Source: Podarcis vaucheri
Lineage: Eukaryota
Assembly (NCBI GenBank): GCA_965113315.1
Contig: OZ220363.1
Length of the DNA: 64,000 nt
Direction: 5' to 3' (one strand)
The notes under the pieces are model-generated. The model ran no database searches. It worked only from the letters and a program-made list of their open reading frames with translations, and had not been told where the DNA came from. The number at the start of each line of letters is the position of its first letter. The stretch's first letter is position 1. Position numbers and translations under genes: made by a program. This document shows, in pieces, positions 11,331 through 23,200 of the stretch.

Positions 11331-12969
11331 GCAAAAATGTAGCCCCCCAACACTGCAGTGATCCAGTTGCGCACCACGAGTTGAGAATATTCAGAATCCC
11401 TTGGTAGAAGAAAGCTTGGGGCTGTCTGCATCCTGCTGCCAGGGTAGGTTTTTCTTGGACAATTTCAGATAGCTGTGAGAGTAAGTTGCTGGAGCTAGAC
11501 TTGTTTCGAAACGAATGAGTCACGGCAAATGCTGGTTAGAGTTTCCATAGAAACTGGGTACATTGCTAAGGGCAGATGGTTGACTGCAATTTAAGCATGG
11601 TTACAGCATAAGCTAATAGCTCAGAGGAGCAAAGTGTCTTGCTCTTTACCCCCACTGAGGTCAAGCATCTCCTCCAGCCTGGAGAGACTAGCAAAGAATA
11701 GCTGTGGCTGACTTTGCTGATCTGCTGTGCCCTGAATACTTCCTGATCTGCCTTGAAGATCATCTGCCCATATATGTCGTTGTTTTGTCTGGTTACAGGA
11801 ATGTGATTTGACTTGCTGCGCAATAAGCTTACAGCCATCTGGAAAATAAGGACAATGAAATAATTGTGTAAGCATTGAAGGAGAAGGGAAGAGGTCTTGT
11901 GCAAATCACAGCTCCCTTCAACACTCAGAATTTGGACAAACACTGGTGAATTTTTTGGGAAATGTCCAGAGATTCCCTTAACGAAGCATGAGTGACATTC
12001 ATTTGACCTTCTCTGACCATATATTTATTGAAATGCTAATATTGATCTCTGATCTTAGCTGTAGCATTAGCTTTGGTCACAGTAACTTAACTTCTGTTTG
12101 AGGGCTGATGTTTTAGACCGGTTGTTTTCGGAGGCACTTTCTGTTTCTTCTTGTTTCATGATAGAACTGTGTTCATGTCCTACCTCTTGAGAACAATGAT
12201 TAACCTTTCTAGTGATCTCATATATGCGGTTATTTATTGACCAGTGGTGTGCCTCCTTTGGTGGTGACTCTAATCAGGAGTCCATTAATGTTTTAGTGAA
12301 CATCTAAAATTCCAAAGCTGTTGTCTTTCTCAAGCTAAGAATGACATTTCTTCGTGGAGAAGGTCCAAAAGTACTAGGAACTGAATTCTTCTCAAACTCC
12401 AGAACTCTTTGGCTGCTTTTTCAACATGCGCCACTCAAGGACAACCTGTCTATTGTTGAATCTGCCCCCTCACAGTTCTGCTTGTAGCACTGTGAAGAAT
12501 CCTCATGTGTGTCTCTGTTGTTGGTTTGATAGGCCAGTGGGGGGAGGAGTATTTGGGCACCCTTCCAGTGCAACACCTTGCTGTGCAAGCTGTTTGGCTG
12601 TATGCCAACTCTGCCAATGGAGCGCAGGAAATGGGAGCCTTTAGAATCAATGCGTCAGACAGGGGGTTGGTGTAATCTGTTGCATTTCCCTGCCGTTTTG
12701 GCTTGTATGCTACAAACAGAAAGCAACCAGGCCGTATTTGCACAGGAGGGGGAAATGGATGGAGTACAGCCAGTGGTGTTCCCCTAGCCAGCCCTCTCTC
12801 ACCTTTGATATGAGGAAAGGTTCTTCTGGACAAGACATCTGTGGCAATATATAAAGGAGCAGCTTTGGGAGATAATATTGAAGATTGCTATGTATTTGCT
12901 TGCTTGATCTGTGAATCCCTGTGCTCTTCCTTCTGGGGTTTTTAGGAGAGCAGCTAAAGCTTGGAAAAC

Positions 12970-13102
12970 ATGGAGCAATACCCAGATCTACAGGAAGACC
13001 TGAGTTTGGAGGATACCAATGAATCCCTTAATCAGCTCAAATTGGCCTCTCTAGATGATAAGAACTGGCCACCAGATGAAGTGCCTGTTTTTCCTAAGTC
13101 AG
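12970..13102 (+). CDS. ARHGAP1: ARHGAP1 coding exon 1 (exon starts 12946)
   Basis: [44 protein letters not shown]; tttag| acceptor, |gtgagt donor. Confidence 0.95.
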
Positions 13103-16100
13103 GTGAGTACTTTTACTAGCAATGAAGTGACTAGAAAGGAATCTATATGCTGCAGCACTAATCTTAAAATATACCTTTAATAGCTTTTTATTTATTAGAT
13201 TTATTTATATCCAGACTTTCAGGATAGGCAGCATCCAAATGATATCAAAATAATTAATAACATAATAAATAAGTGGAAAAATAACAAGATTCAGGGTTCA
13301 GCAGGTTCTTTTTGTGTTATATTCTTGCATGATAGTTGTATACAGTATAGCCCTGTGGGGGCAAGGGTAGTCTAGTGGAGCACTCTTTGAGGTCTTTGCC
13401 TGTCTGCGTCTCTTTCCTCTTTAAGATGCTGCAGAAGTACTAGTTAGCCCCTGTATCTAAACTGGGATGTAGATCTTATCTAAATGGGGTGGTGAGAGCA
13501 TGGAATGCTACAGACCTTATATGCCAGAGAAGTATCTGTCTCTCTGTGCAGTGTAAATAGTTTATTCTAGTGGATGAATGTGGAATTCTGTAGTGGAGAA
13601 TTTTAGATCATTGATTACTTTCCACTTATAGTGTGTTTATACATTTGAGGCAAATATTGACAAATAAGCTAGCACAATTGGTCTGAATGCATGCAATGTT
13701 TTGTACTGAACATAAAATGAACAATTGCACAAAACTAATGCTATTCATCACAGTTCCTTCTGGTTCCGTGATATACCTGATCCCTTCTCTGTGTTTTTGT
13801 ATCTTTGTATAGCTGTGCTGGTTTTTATGTTCTCTGCATTTTCCTCTCACCCCATCCCCTTTATTTTAAAATGTAGATGACTTCAAGGGCTCCCCTGACC
13901 CTGTCACTCACTTACGATGGGATGACCCATACTACGACATTGCTAGACACCAGATTGTGGAAGTGGCAGGTAATGGGTTCTTTTCATTTCTTTTTCTTCT
14001 ACTTCAGAAAGCATTTTGATACGGCATAATGACTTGGGATAGAGGGTCTATTTTATTGTTTTGCTGTTTTGTTTTATTTATGTTCATGTTTTTATCCTGT
14101 ATTTTATTCTGTGAACTGCCCTGAGATCTTATGATGAAGGGCAGTATATAAATCTAATAAAAAAGTAAACAATAAAATAAAATTAAAATTAAAATAAAAT
14201 AAACAAGCCCAGCAGTGGCCCAACAATAGGTTGGATCCCAAGTTGTCTTTTAGTGAATGATAGGATTCCTTCTGTTTGTAGAAGGAGCCAAGATCCAGCA
14301 GAGGCTCCTGCTGGAGGAAGCAAGCAAGGAGGAAGCTGTTTTTGCCTGTTCCCCTTGCAGGTCACGGCACAACTGTCCATGCTGTCCTGGAAGATTCTTT
14401 GACTTGTAGGTGCAGTTCTGCCCATGGGTAGTCTGGATCCAGCCAAATAGCTTGATTCACATAGTGGTCATCGTCGTTGTGAAAATAGCAATTGTACAGA
14501 GGAAGAGAACTTTGAGAACCATGGGCCCATTAGAGTTATTTGATAGTCACTTGAAGCAGCAATCTGACCCCAGACTTACAAACTACGTTATGAACTCTTC
14601 AGTCAGATGTTGCATTGGCTGATAGTACCATGAGTTACTGAGGTTTGGTTGGCTGGGGTCTGGAGAAGGGCCTTTTCTATTGTAGCATCTGCTCAATGGG
14701 ATGCATTCCAGGGTGGATGGGTTCCAAAACTGGGATGTTTCCACCAACTGTTGCAGATCTGTCTCTTTCCCCTGGCATTTCCTGACAATCATCAGTTTGT
14801 TGCTCCAGTTACTGTGGTTATTGCAATAATGTTTTTACTTGATTTTAATTGTTTGTTTTACTTGATTTTAATGGATTTTGTGTATTGTGAACTGCATCAA
14901 TATTTTTGCTAATGAAAAGTATCACATAAGCTTTGAGAATACATTCTGATAAATAGTGACTATAGCATACTGGACTTAGAAGAGTTCAAATCCATGGTCT
15001 GCCATGAAGTCTACTAGATGACCTTGGGTCATTCATTGGCTTGTATCCGACTGAGTCATACTCAGAATAATTTAATTCCATTGATTGCAGTGTGTCCACT
15101 GTCAGTATGACATAATCAGATAGAACCCATTATCCCTCATCCTGGCCTACCACATAGAGTTGTTATGAGAATAAATAGCAGGAAGGGAGGACCACGAACA
15201 CGTACTGTACCTCACCTTGAGTTCTTTGGAGAGAAGAAGGTGGGAGAAAAATAGTACGTGCAAACCTGAAAACTCATTCTCCCGAAGAAAAACTGTTTTA
15301 ACTTGTTTGCAGGCTAGAAGAGACTCTGCATGTGTGCCTCTAATTTTCCTGAGCCATGGCAAATCCCTCAACTGTCTAAACAAATCAGTCAACTTTAGGT
15401 GACTGCCAAGTCACACTTGAGTCCAGGGCATCAGTGGGCAACCTGTGAACTTCCCTATGTTGCTGGACTCCAGCCCCAACCAGAATTGCCAATGGTAATG
15501 GAATATGAGAAATGTAGTCCAGTATCACCTGGAATGCCACAGGTTCTCCACTTCTCCTGTGGAGCATCCTAGAGTGTGGAATTGTGCCACAGCTGCAAGG
15601 AAAGAGTTAAATCTTAAAATTATTTTTTTTAAAAAAACTTATTGATAAATGCAATACTTACAAACACAAAACAGAAAGCTAAACAAACTTATTATACATA
15701 GATACACACACCTCTCAATTTAGATTACAAAAAAGAAAATAAACAAACAAAACATACAAACATAAATCTTGACTTCCCTCCACCTATGTGTGGCTTCCTT
15801 TATTTCTTTTCTTCTTTTCGCTGTGCTATCACTATTATTTTTTACTATCTCATCTTATACCCATTTCTTCTTAATTTTTTACTCTATAAGTTTCATTCAT
15901 TTCATGTTGATATATTAATACCAGAACAATGTTTTTTGATGTATTCCTTCACGCAAGTCCACTCCTCTATCAGTTTTTGGTCTGATTGGCCTCTTACCAC
16001 TGCTGTAAGTCTTGCTGAATCTATATTTTCACAAAATCTTATTTGCCATTCTCTTACTGAGGGAGTTTTTTCTCCCTTCCAATTTTTTGCTATAATCATT

Positions 16101-19100
16101 CTGGCCGCAGTGGTTGCATATAAGAAAACTTTTTTCCTAGTGGCAGGAATGTCAGTCAATATAATTCCCAAGAGGAATGCCTCTGCGGTTTTTTACATGA
16201 TATTTTAAGCATTCTTTTAAGTTCCTCTTGAATGTCACTCCAAATTTTTTAATATACACACACTCCCACCACATATGATACGTGGTTCCTGTTTTATATC
16301 TCCAGCACAAATTAGATTTTGATTTATAAATTTTCGCCAATTTGACCGCAGTTAAATACCATTGATATATCATTTTCATTATATTTTCTCTGATTGTGAC
16401 ACAGGCTGTGAATTTGATATCATATTTCCATAATTTCTCCCATTGATCTAAACAAATCATGTGGCTTGTATCTGTGGCCCACTTAATCATAACTTCCTTC
16501 ACCTCTTCATCTTTTAATTCCTATTCTAATAATAGATTATACATTTTACATAATATCTTTTTAGGATTTTTTAATAACTCTGTTTGTAGTTTTGATTCTT
16601 CTTTGCCAAATCCGATAATCTTATCCTGCCTGAATAGGTGATCAATTTGATAATATTGTAGCCATGTATTACAATATTGGCCAAGTTCTTCATAAGATCT
16701 TAACCTTAATTGGCCTTGATCTTCTTTTACTAATTGCTGATATGTGACCCATTTGCCTTCCGTATTTTTCTTTTTTCTTTTTTCCTTACATTTCACTGAC
16801 ATTCCTGGGCTGTCCTGTATGGCTGCTTCACTTACATTGTCTGCAGTTCAGTTACTGATTTTAGCAAACTTGGTTTCCTGCAAAGAGGAAATTTGCTGTG
16901 TAAATGATTGCTGGCAGATTGCTGGCAGTGCTGTTCAGAAACTGGAGGCAGGAATAAATGCTGGGAGCTTATTTATCACCAGCTTTTGCTATTGACCATT
17001 ATGCCAGGTATTGCAACAGTACATCCTCTTGGCTATACAGACCATTATTCCTTATGCACATTGATAGCTACTGCCAACCAGTGCAATATAGAAGTGAAGA
17101 CTGGTTAATTTATAGCAAGCAACTGATCGTTAGAAAAGGGAAGAAATTGAAATGGCAAATGATCTGGAAGAAGTAGGAGCTGTGCTTAGCTTTTACTTAC
17201 GCTTTTACTTACATTTTACTAACATCTGCGTGGAGTTCATCTCCTCCCTTATTGGTAGCAATGTTTGTTTTGGGCTCTAAAATTACTGAATTCTCTGGAG
17301 TTTCTCTCCTCCAGACATTCTGGCTGCTCAGGATAGTTCAAGGAATGGTTATTTCCTCTGAGACCAAACACATCTTATCTTAACAGTTTTTGAATTTAGT
17401 TTTGATTTTCAGTGTGTGACCTGAGAAGTCCTCAGGATGGGATAGTTCTCTCCTCCCATTGCAGATACATTGAGGATATCTTTCTATTCCCTGGGATGGT
17501 GAATTGACATTAAACAATTTAATCAAACAAAGATCCGCAGTGTTAAGTGACTAGATGAGTTCAAACAAGATATTTTCTGATACGCATTGTATTCAAATGT
17601 ATAATAATAGCTCTATTGCTGACATTCCAGGATTTCAGCCAATTGAATGAGCTTCACTAACATCATGCCCAAGTCTGGCAGTATTGCACATTCATATACC
17701 GTATTTTTTGCTCTATAAGACGCACCAGACCACAAGACGCACCTAGTTTTTGGAGGAGGAAAACAAGGAAAAAATATTCTGAATCTCAGAAGCTAGAACA
17801 GCAAGAGGGATCGCTGCGCAGTGAAAGCAGCAATCCCTCTTGCTGTTCTGGCTTCTGGGATAGCTGCGCAGCCTGCATTCGCTCCATAAGACGCACACAC
17901 ATTTCCCCTTACTTTTTAGGAGGGAAAGAGTGAGTCTTATAGAGCAAAAAATACGGTACTTTGATAAATAAAGAATTCCCTAACAACTGACATATCCTTT
18001 CCCACTATTGATAACATTAGTTATTTCTTTGTTCGTATAGATGTATTTTGAAGTACTTTCCCCTGTAGGACTATGTATTACTGAAGATTCATTTCACTTA
18101 ATATTTTTTTAACTGGCAACTACATGCCTTAGATTCCTCTAACATCTATCACCCAGAGCGCTAGCACTGTGTTGGCTTCTGACATACTGAATGATGGAAA
18201 AAAACTCTTCACTGTGGGCTCCCTTAGCTCTCAACATGGTTCTGTGAATTTTCAGTGTCAATAAGGCTTGTGGGTGGAGTTGCAGTGTGAGCGAAGAGCA
18301 AGCTGGAATTTAAAATAGCTACATTTCTTTAAAATGTGTATTGCATAGATGCATTTCTAGCACCACTAGTATATTCAATATTTAGAGAATCATCTCAGAA
18401 AGTAAAAGCTTTGAATACACAGAAATGTGTAGGCTCTTTATTACTATACTTACAATAGAGGCACATTGGCAAGGGTTGTGTGGGATTGTATATCCTGCCA
18501 TAGCCTCCATTTACTGAAATTCCCTGTTCAGAGTTCTAGTCCTAATTAAGAAAGGTTAATTTGTCCACCTTTTGCCAAAAAAAAGCACAACTAAACAAAA
18601 TGACTGCAAAGAAATAGTTTGACTAGATGCTGTATCTGTTAGCAGCTATCAATGTCTTGAAGGCATTTCAAGGCTGATTTTGTTTCTTCTATCTCCAGGT
18701 GACAACCTGAACCACTGCTGCTACTGATTGATAGCTTGCACAATGGAAGCAGGAAGCTCTTTTTAATCCTCTAACGTCTGCCCTTTCAGATGTTGTTGGA
18801 CTCCCACCCCAGCCAACAATGCCTGTGGTCACAAATGATGGGAGCTGTAGTTGTAGCTAAATATTAGGCTAGTCTAGGTAGATATGCAACTTCCTTGTTG
18901 AACTAGGGATGGTTGCCTGAGGCAGAGACGCAACCTCAACTTTGGGGAAATGTGGTCATTTCTGATACCAGGCAGTGTTGTAACTTTGGTTTCAAAGACA
19001 ATGGAAATGCCGTGTCCTTATCCCAAGTGATCATCCAGATTACATGCCATAGGCTATTCTGAATTTAACCTTTGAGACGCCTATCTTTTATTACTGTGGG

Positions 19101-20261
19101 CTTGGGGCCCTTGATATGCCTTGACAATTTTGGGGTTCTCTGGAGTCTAGAAGTATGAAAGTTCCTGGAATAGCTTGTGATGGGGGAGCATTGATTAGTA
19201 AATCTTTTGGTTTCCTTTCTTTGTTTGATTCTGCTTTAGGCTGAATAATTGGAAATGATTGTTAATACTTTTGAATTCAGTTACTTCAGTGTCTGATGAG
19301 CAATTATCATGCTGTACTCCAGTGATTGATTTGGGGAAAGCCTCTTAAGGCTTTCTGTGTTCTTGCAGCAGCATTTTTAAAACTGGGAGACTGCCATTGA
19401 GCATGCGTCTATGTGTTGTAGTGGGACTTTGGGACACTCTAGGTAAAGGATAGGGAACCTGTGGCCCTCTAAATGTTGCTGGTCTACATCACCCATCAGT
19501 CCTGGCCAGCATGGCCAATGGTCAGGGATGATTGGAGTTGCAGTCCCAACAACATCTGAAAGACCCAGGTACAGCATTGTTGCTCTAGGATCTGGCCTAG
19601 GGCTGTCCTTTTGCAATGTACATCCTTTTGCCTCAAATGGAGCATGCTTACTTTCCTGTAATCTACAGGAACTTCTCTTCCTGCTTCTGCCTGTGTATGT
19701 TTGCTGGCTTTTCAGAGGTATTGACCAAGTAATGAGGGATTTGATTTCCTGAATTATTGTTTTGTTTTTTTTAGTTCTGCCAAGCAAGAAGCAGTCCTTG
19801 ATCCCAGAAGTGTTAGGAACTGAAGTTGCTTCTTAAACTCCCCTGTGACTGGCTACTCTTGGGTCTCAAAACTTGTGTGAAAGAGGAGTGGAGCAGGTGG
19901 TGGATCTGAGTTCTTAAATCCTAGAGCATTCTATTTTCTGTATATCAGGACCAATATTAAGGACCTTGAAATGGACATGGGAACATTCAGTTTTGTAACT
20001 GAAAATGGGTTCACTGACTTTTCAGTATTAGCAATATCCTGTTGTTTAAATGTCTGGTAGTATGAAAAAGCTACTGTTTACCTTTTCATGCATACCTTGT
20101 ATGGGAAACCTGACATATAAAAAAGCAATAGTTCATCCAGATTGTAGCAGAGTCTAGAAAGGGAGGAGGGGGGAAAATCAACTTCTAGATTTATCTAGTT
20201 AACAACTAGTAATCATGTTTTTGAGCTCGTTGTAGTTTTGAGTGTATGCAACTCGTGTGTG

Positions 20262-20294
<33 letters not shown>

Positions 20295-23200
20295 TGGAAC
20301 TTTTCTGTCCAGCCCTTTCAGCTCGGTCCTTAAGATTATTCTGGTTAAAGGACTTCGGTTATTATGGTATAATGTAACTTTGTTTCTGTTCCTCCAGGGC
20401 AGGGTGCACTTCATGGGGTCCAGCCAGGTAGGTGGAATACCTGGTGTCATTGGCATTTAAAGAATGTGGCATTCTTTAGCATGACTGTGGCCTGTGGCTG
20501 GGTTATCTCAGGGGAGCCCAAATTCTGCAAAGCTGAGGGTGGCATCCCAGAACCTCAAAGTTGCACTTGATGTGCATTATGTCAAGTAGATTGCAGCCAT
20601 GCTTCTCTAAGCTGGTGGTATAGACATCTTGGTAGCTTTCCAAACTGGATATGTGGCTTGGAATTTCCCTGGCAGAGCTCTTTGTGGACTTCAGCTTGCG
20701 GTCTTCACTTTGGGTGCCGCAGTTCTCATTTGATGCTTCAGCCTGCCTTCTTTTTTTCTTGGATGGTGATGGGTGTACTATCCATCAGGACATGTCTCCC
20801 AGGCAGTCACTACTGCTAACTTTCCCAATCGGAAATCTTTTGCGGGTGATTTCTTCTGCAGCTAAGAGTTTGCAGGATATTGCATGACAGTGATGTGTGA
20901 TTTATCTTATTTGGAATCTATGCAGGATGGAGCTGTTGTTGCTTTATTCCCACTATAGTATCATTCAGACACAAATCTTTGGCAGAACTTGGCCTTCTTT
21001 ATCCCCTGTGACCCAGCAGTAGGCTGAACCCATTGTTTGCTGAACAGCCTATGCAAGTACATTTGCCTGCCATTCTCTGTTTATTCCGTAGCAGGTCTTC
21101 CATTCTTCATCATCTCTTCTTGCAAGTGGTCACTGGCCTGCTGTATCTGCAGATCATGTCTCTGATTCTATGCTAATCATTTCTCCACCAATTTTGATGC
21201 AAGTAAATGGTTACTTTGAAACACTGACTAGTGTCAGTTCTCCACTGTGCTATTTTTCTAGATGAAGAGGTGCCAGAACTCATGAACATCTCCCTCGTTC
21301 TCTTATAATGGCAACCTGAGAGGTGCTGGAACTGAGTTGTGGCTGAAAAATGCCCCAGTTCTCCATCTCTAAATGTAGCCATTGACTTTTGGCTTCCTCA
21401 GGCATCTCTGCATATATCTAGAAGCTCCATGAAGGTCGCTTTGATCACAGAAGTGGTGTAGGGGAAGCACCTTGAACTGCCACAAACCCTGAAAATTGTC
21501 AGCCTTGTTTATGATGACAAGACTGTTTCCGCTTTTATATTTTTTATAATGCTTTTGTACCTTCAGAAATATAAATACCCTAGACAAAGAGGTGCTAGCT
21601 CTTAACTATACCACGATTGCTTTAATTTCTTTGCCTGCGTTATGTCTCAAGCCATTTCCCCGATCACTTTAAGGGCTGTGTCATCAACTTGATAGTGCAG
21701 GAAAAGGAGCAGCTTCCTGTTTAATCAAGAGCTGTGACAACTCACTGTGTTATTTGCAACATGCAGTTCTCCACATTCTGCATTCTGAGAACTTCTCTGA
21801 GGCTTTTTAAACAATCTGTTGTTTCCTTACTCACTTAGGTTAATTTAGATGTATTTCCCCCCGCTACATGGAAAGAATCCCTGCTATGGGAAGTGCGGTT
21901 GTTAACCAGAGTATTCTCAGAGGAATAAAAGAACTGCTGCATGTCCAACAATGTGACGTGGACATGTTTTCCTAGATGGGGAGAATGTCAGTGTGTATGT
22001 GTGTGTCTGTGTGAATTATAAAATGGTGCTGTGTTATAACCTAGGGTATTTTACACTTTTTATTACAATAGCAGAATATTTCTAATTAAATGGGCTGCCA
22101 TGTGCAGATGAGTACAGTGGTGCCCCGCAAGACGAATGCCTCGCAAGACAAAAAACTCGCTAGACGAAAGGTTTTTTCATTCGCAATTTGCCTCGCAAGA
22201 CGAATTCCCCTATGGGCTTGCTTCGCAAGACGAAAACGTCTTGCGACTTTGTTAAACCGTTTAAACCGTGCTTCGCAAGAAGAAAAATTCGCTAGACAGC
22301 AAAAATTGCGGAACGAATTAATTTCGTCTTGCGGGGCACCACTGTACTGTAATTCCACACCTGAGGCATTAATCAGGTCATTAAAAAATATCTTTTCTCA
22401 TTTGATTTGCATAGAAACTTGACACATGGGTTATTGTTTCATAGAGTTCCTGAAGTTTATCACACTTTGGACTTGTTGCTCAAATTTCAAATGGCCTGGG
22501 CATTTTTCTAGATAATGGAATGAAACATGGAAGTGCTTTAGTTTATTTGAAGATAGTCTTGTAGAAGTTGTTGTTATTGTTAGCTTTGCAGCTGTACCTG
22601 GTAACAACAGGGCCACACACCACAACTGTGCAATGGAATTTCTAATGCATACAATATTTTTATGGTTCAACCCCAGCAGGGGCTTTATTTCAGATTTAAG
22701 CAGGAGCTTTTATGATAATTACAGCAAACCCGTTTGGGACAAAGGCAGTTGAATAATTGCTTACTGTTGGGTGCATGCTGAATGCTCCCTGCATGGACTG
22801 ATGGAACTCTATCTGGTTGTGTCATACAAGAATAGTGTTAGGGTGCATATTTACATTTAATGGAATGTTATGCTACCTTGACTAGAGCTTGGTCTAGAAG
22901 TAGAAGCCTATAGAAATAAGCCTTGCTTAGTCTATGAAAAACAAATAGAACAATCAGGAGATGAGCTAGAAAGAATCAGTGACTATTAAGAGACTTAATC
23001 ACTTGATTTGAGATTTCATATGGGATGCTTACTTCAGGTAACCAGAAGCTTGTGGGGCAAGTGTAACCATAAACTGGCTTTTAATTGTCCGGGTCCTGAG
23101 GAGCTAGGTTTGACCTGAAGTTGTAGTCTTTCCCAACTTTAAGACCTTGAAGTGGAACCATAGTTATATGTGTTCCTTTCTCTTGACACTTACAGCTGGC

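Noticed and set aside
14361-14428. Possible extra ARHGAP1 exon after the strong acceptor CCCCTTGCAG at 14360
   Set aside because: Only weak donors follow, they do not give a frame-preserving phase 1-1 exon, and the site sits within a decayed GGATCC-ended repeat.
18699-18727. Acceptor ATCTCCAG|GTGACAAC mimicking the start of ARHGAP1 coding exon 3
   Set aside because: There is an in-frame stop after about 9 codons, no good donor and no further similarity.
22115-22344. CRISPR-like regularly spaced CGCAAGACGA repeats (also at 2535, 27738, 48373)
   Set aside because: The context is eukaryotic, spacing is irregular, and TIRs with TA TSDs show these are internal repeats of a MITE. The recurring ORFs ([11 protein letters not shown]...) are repeat artifacts.
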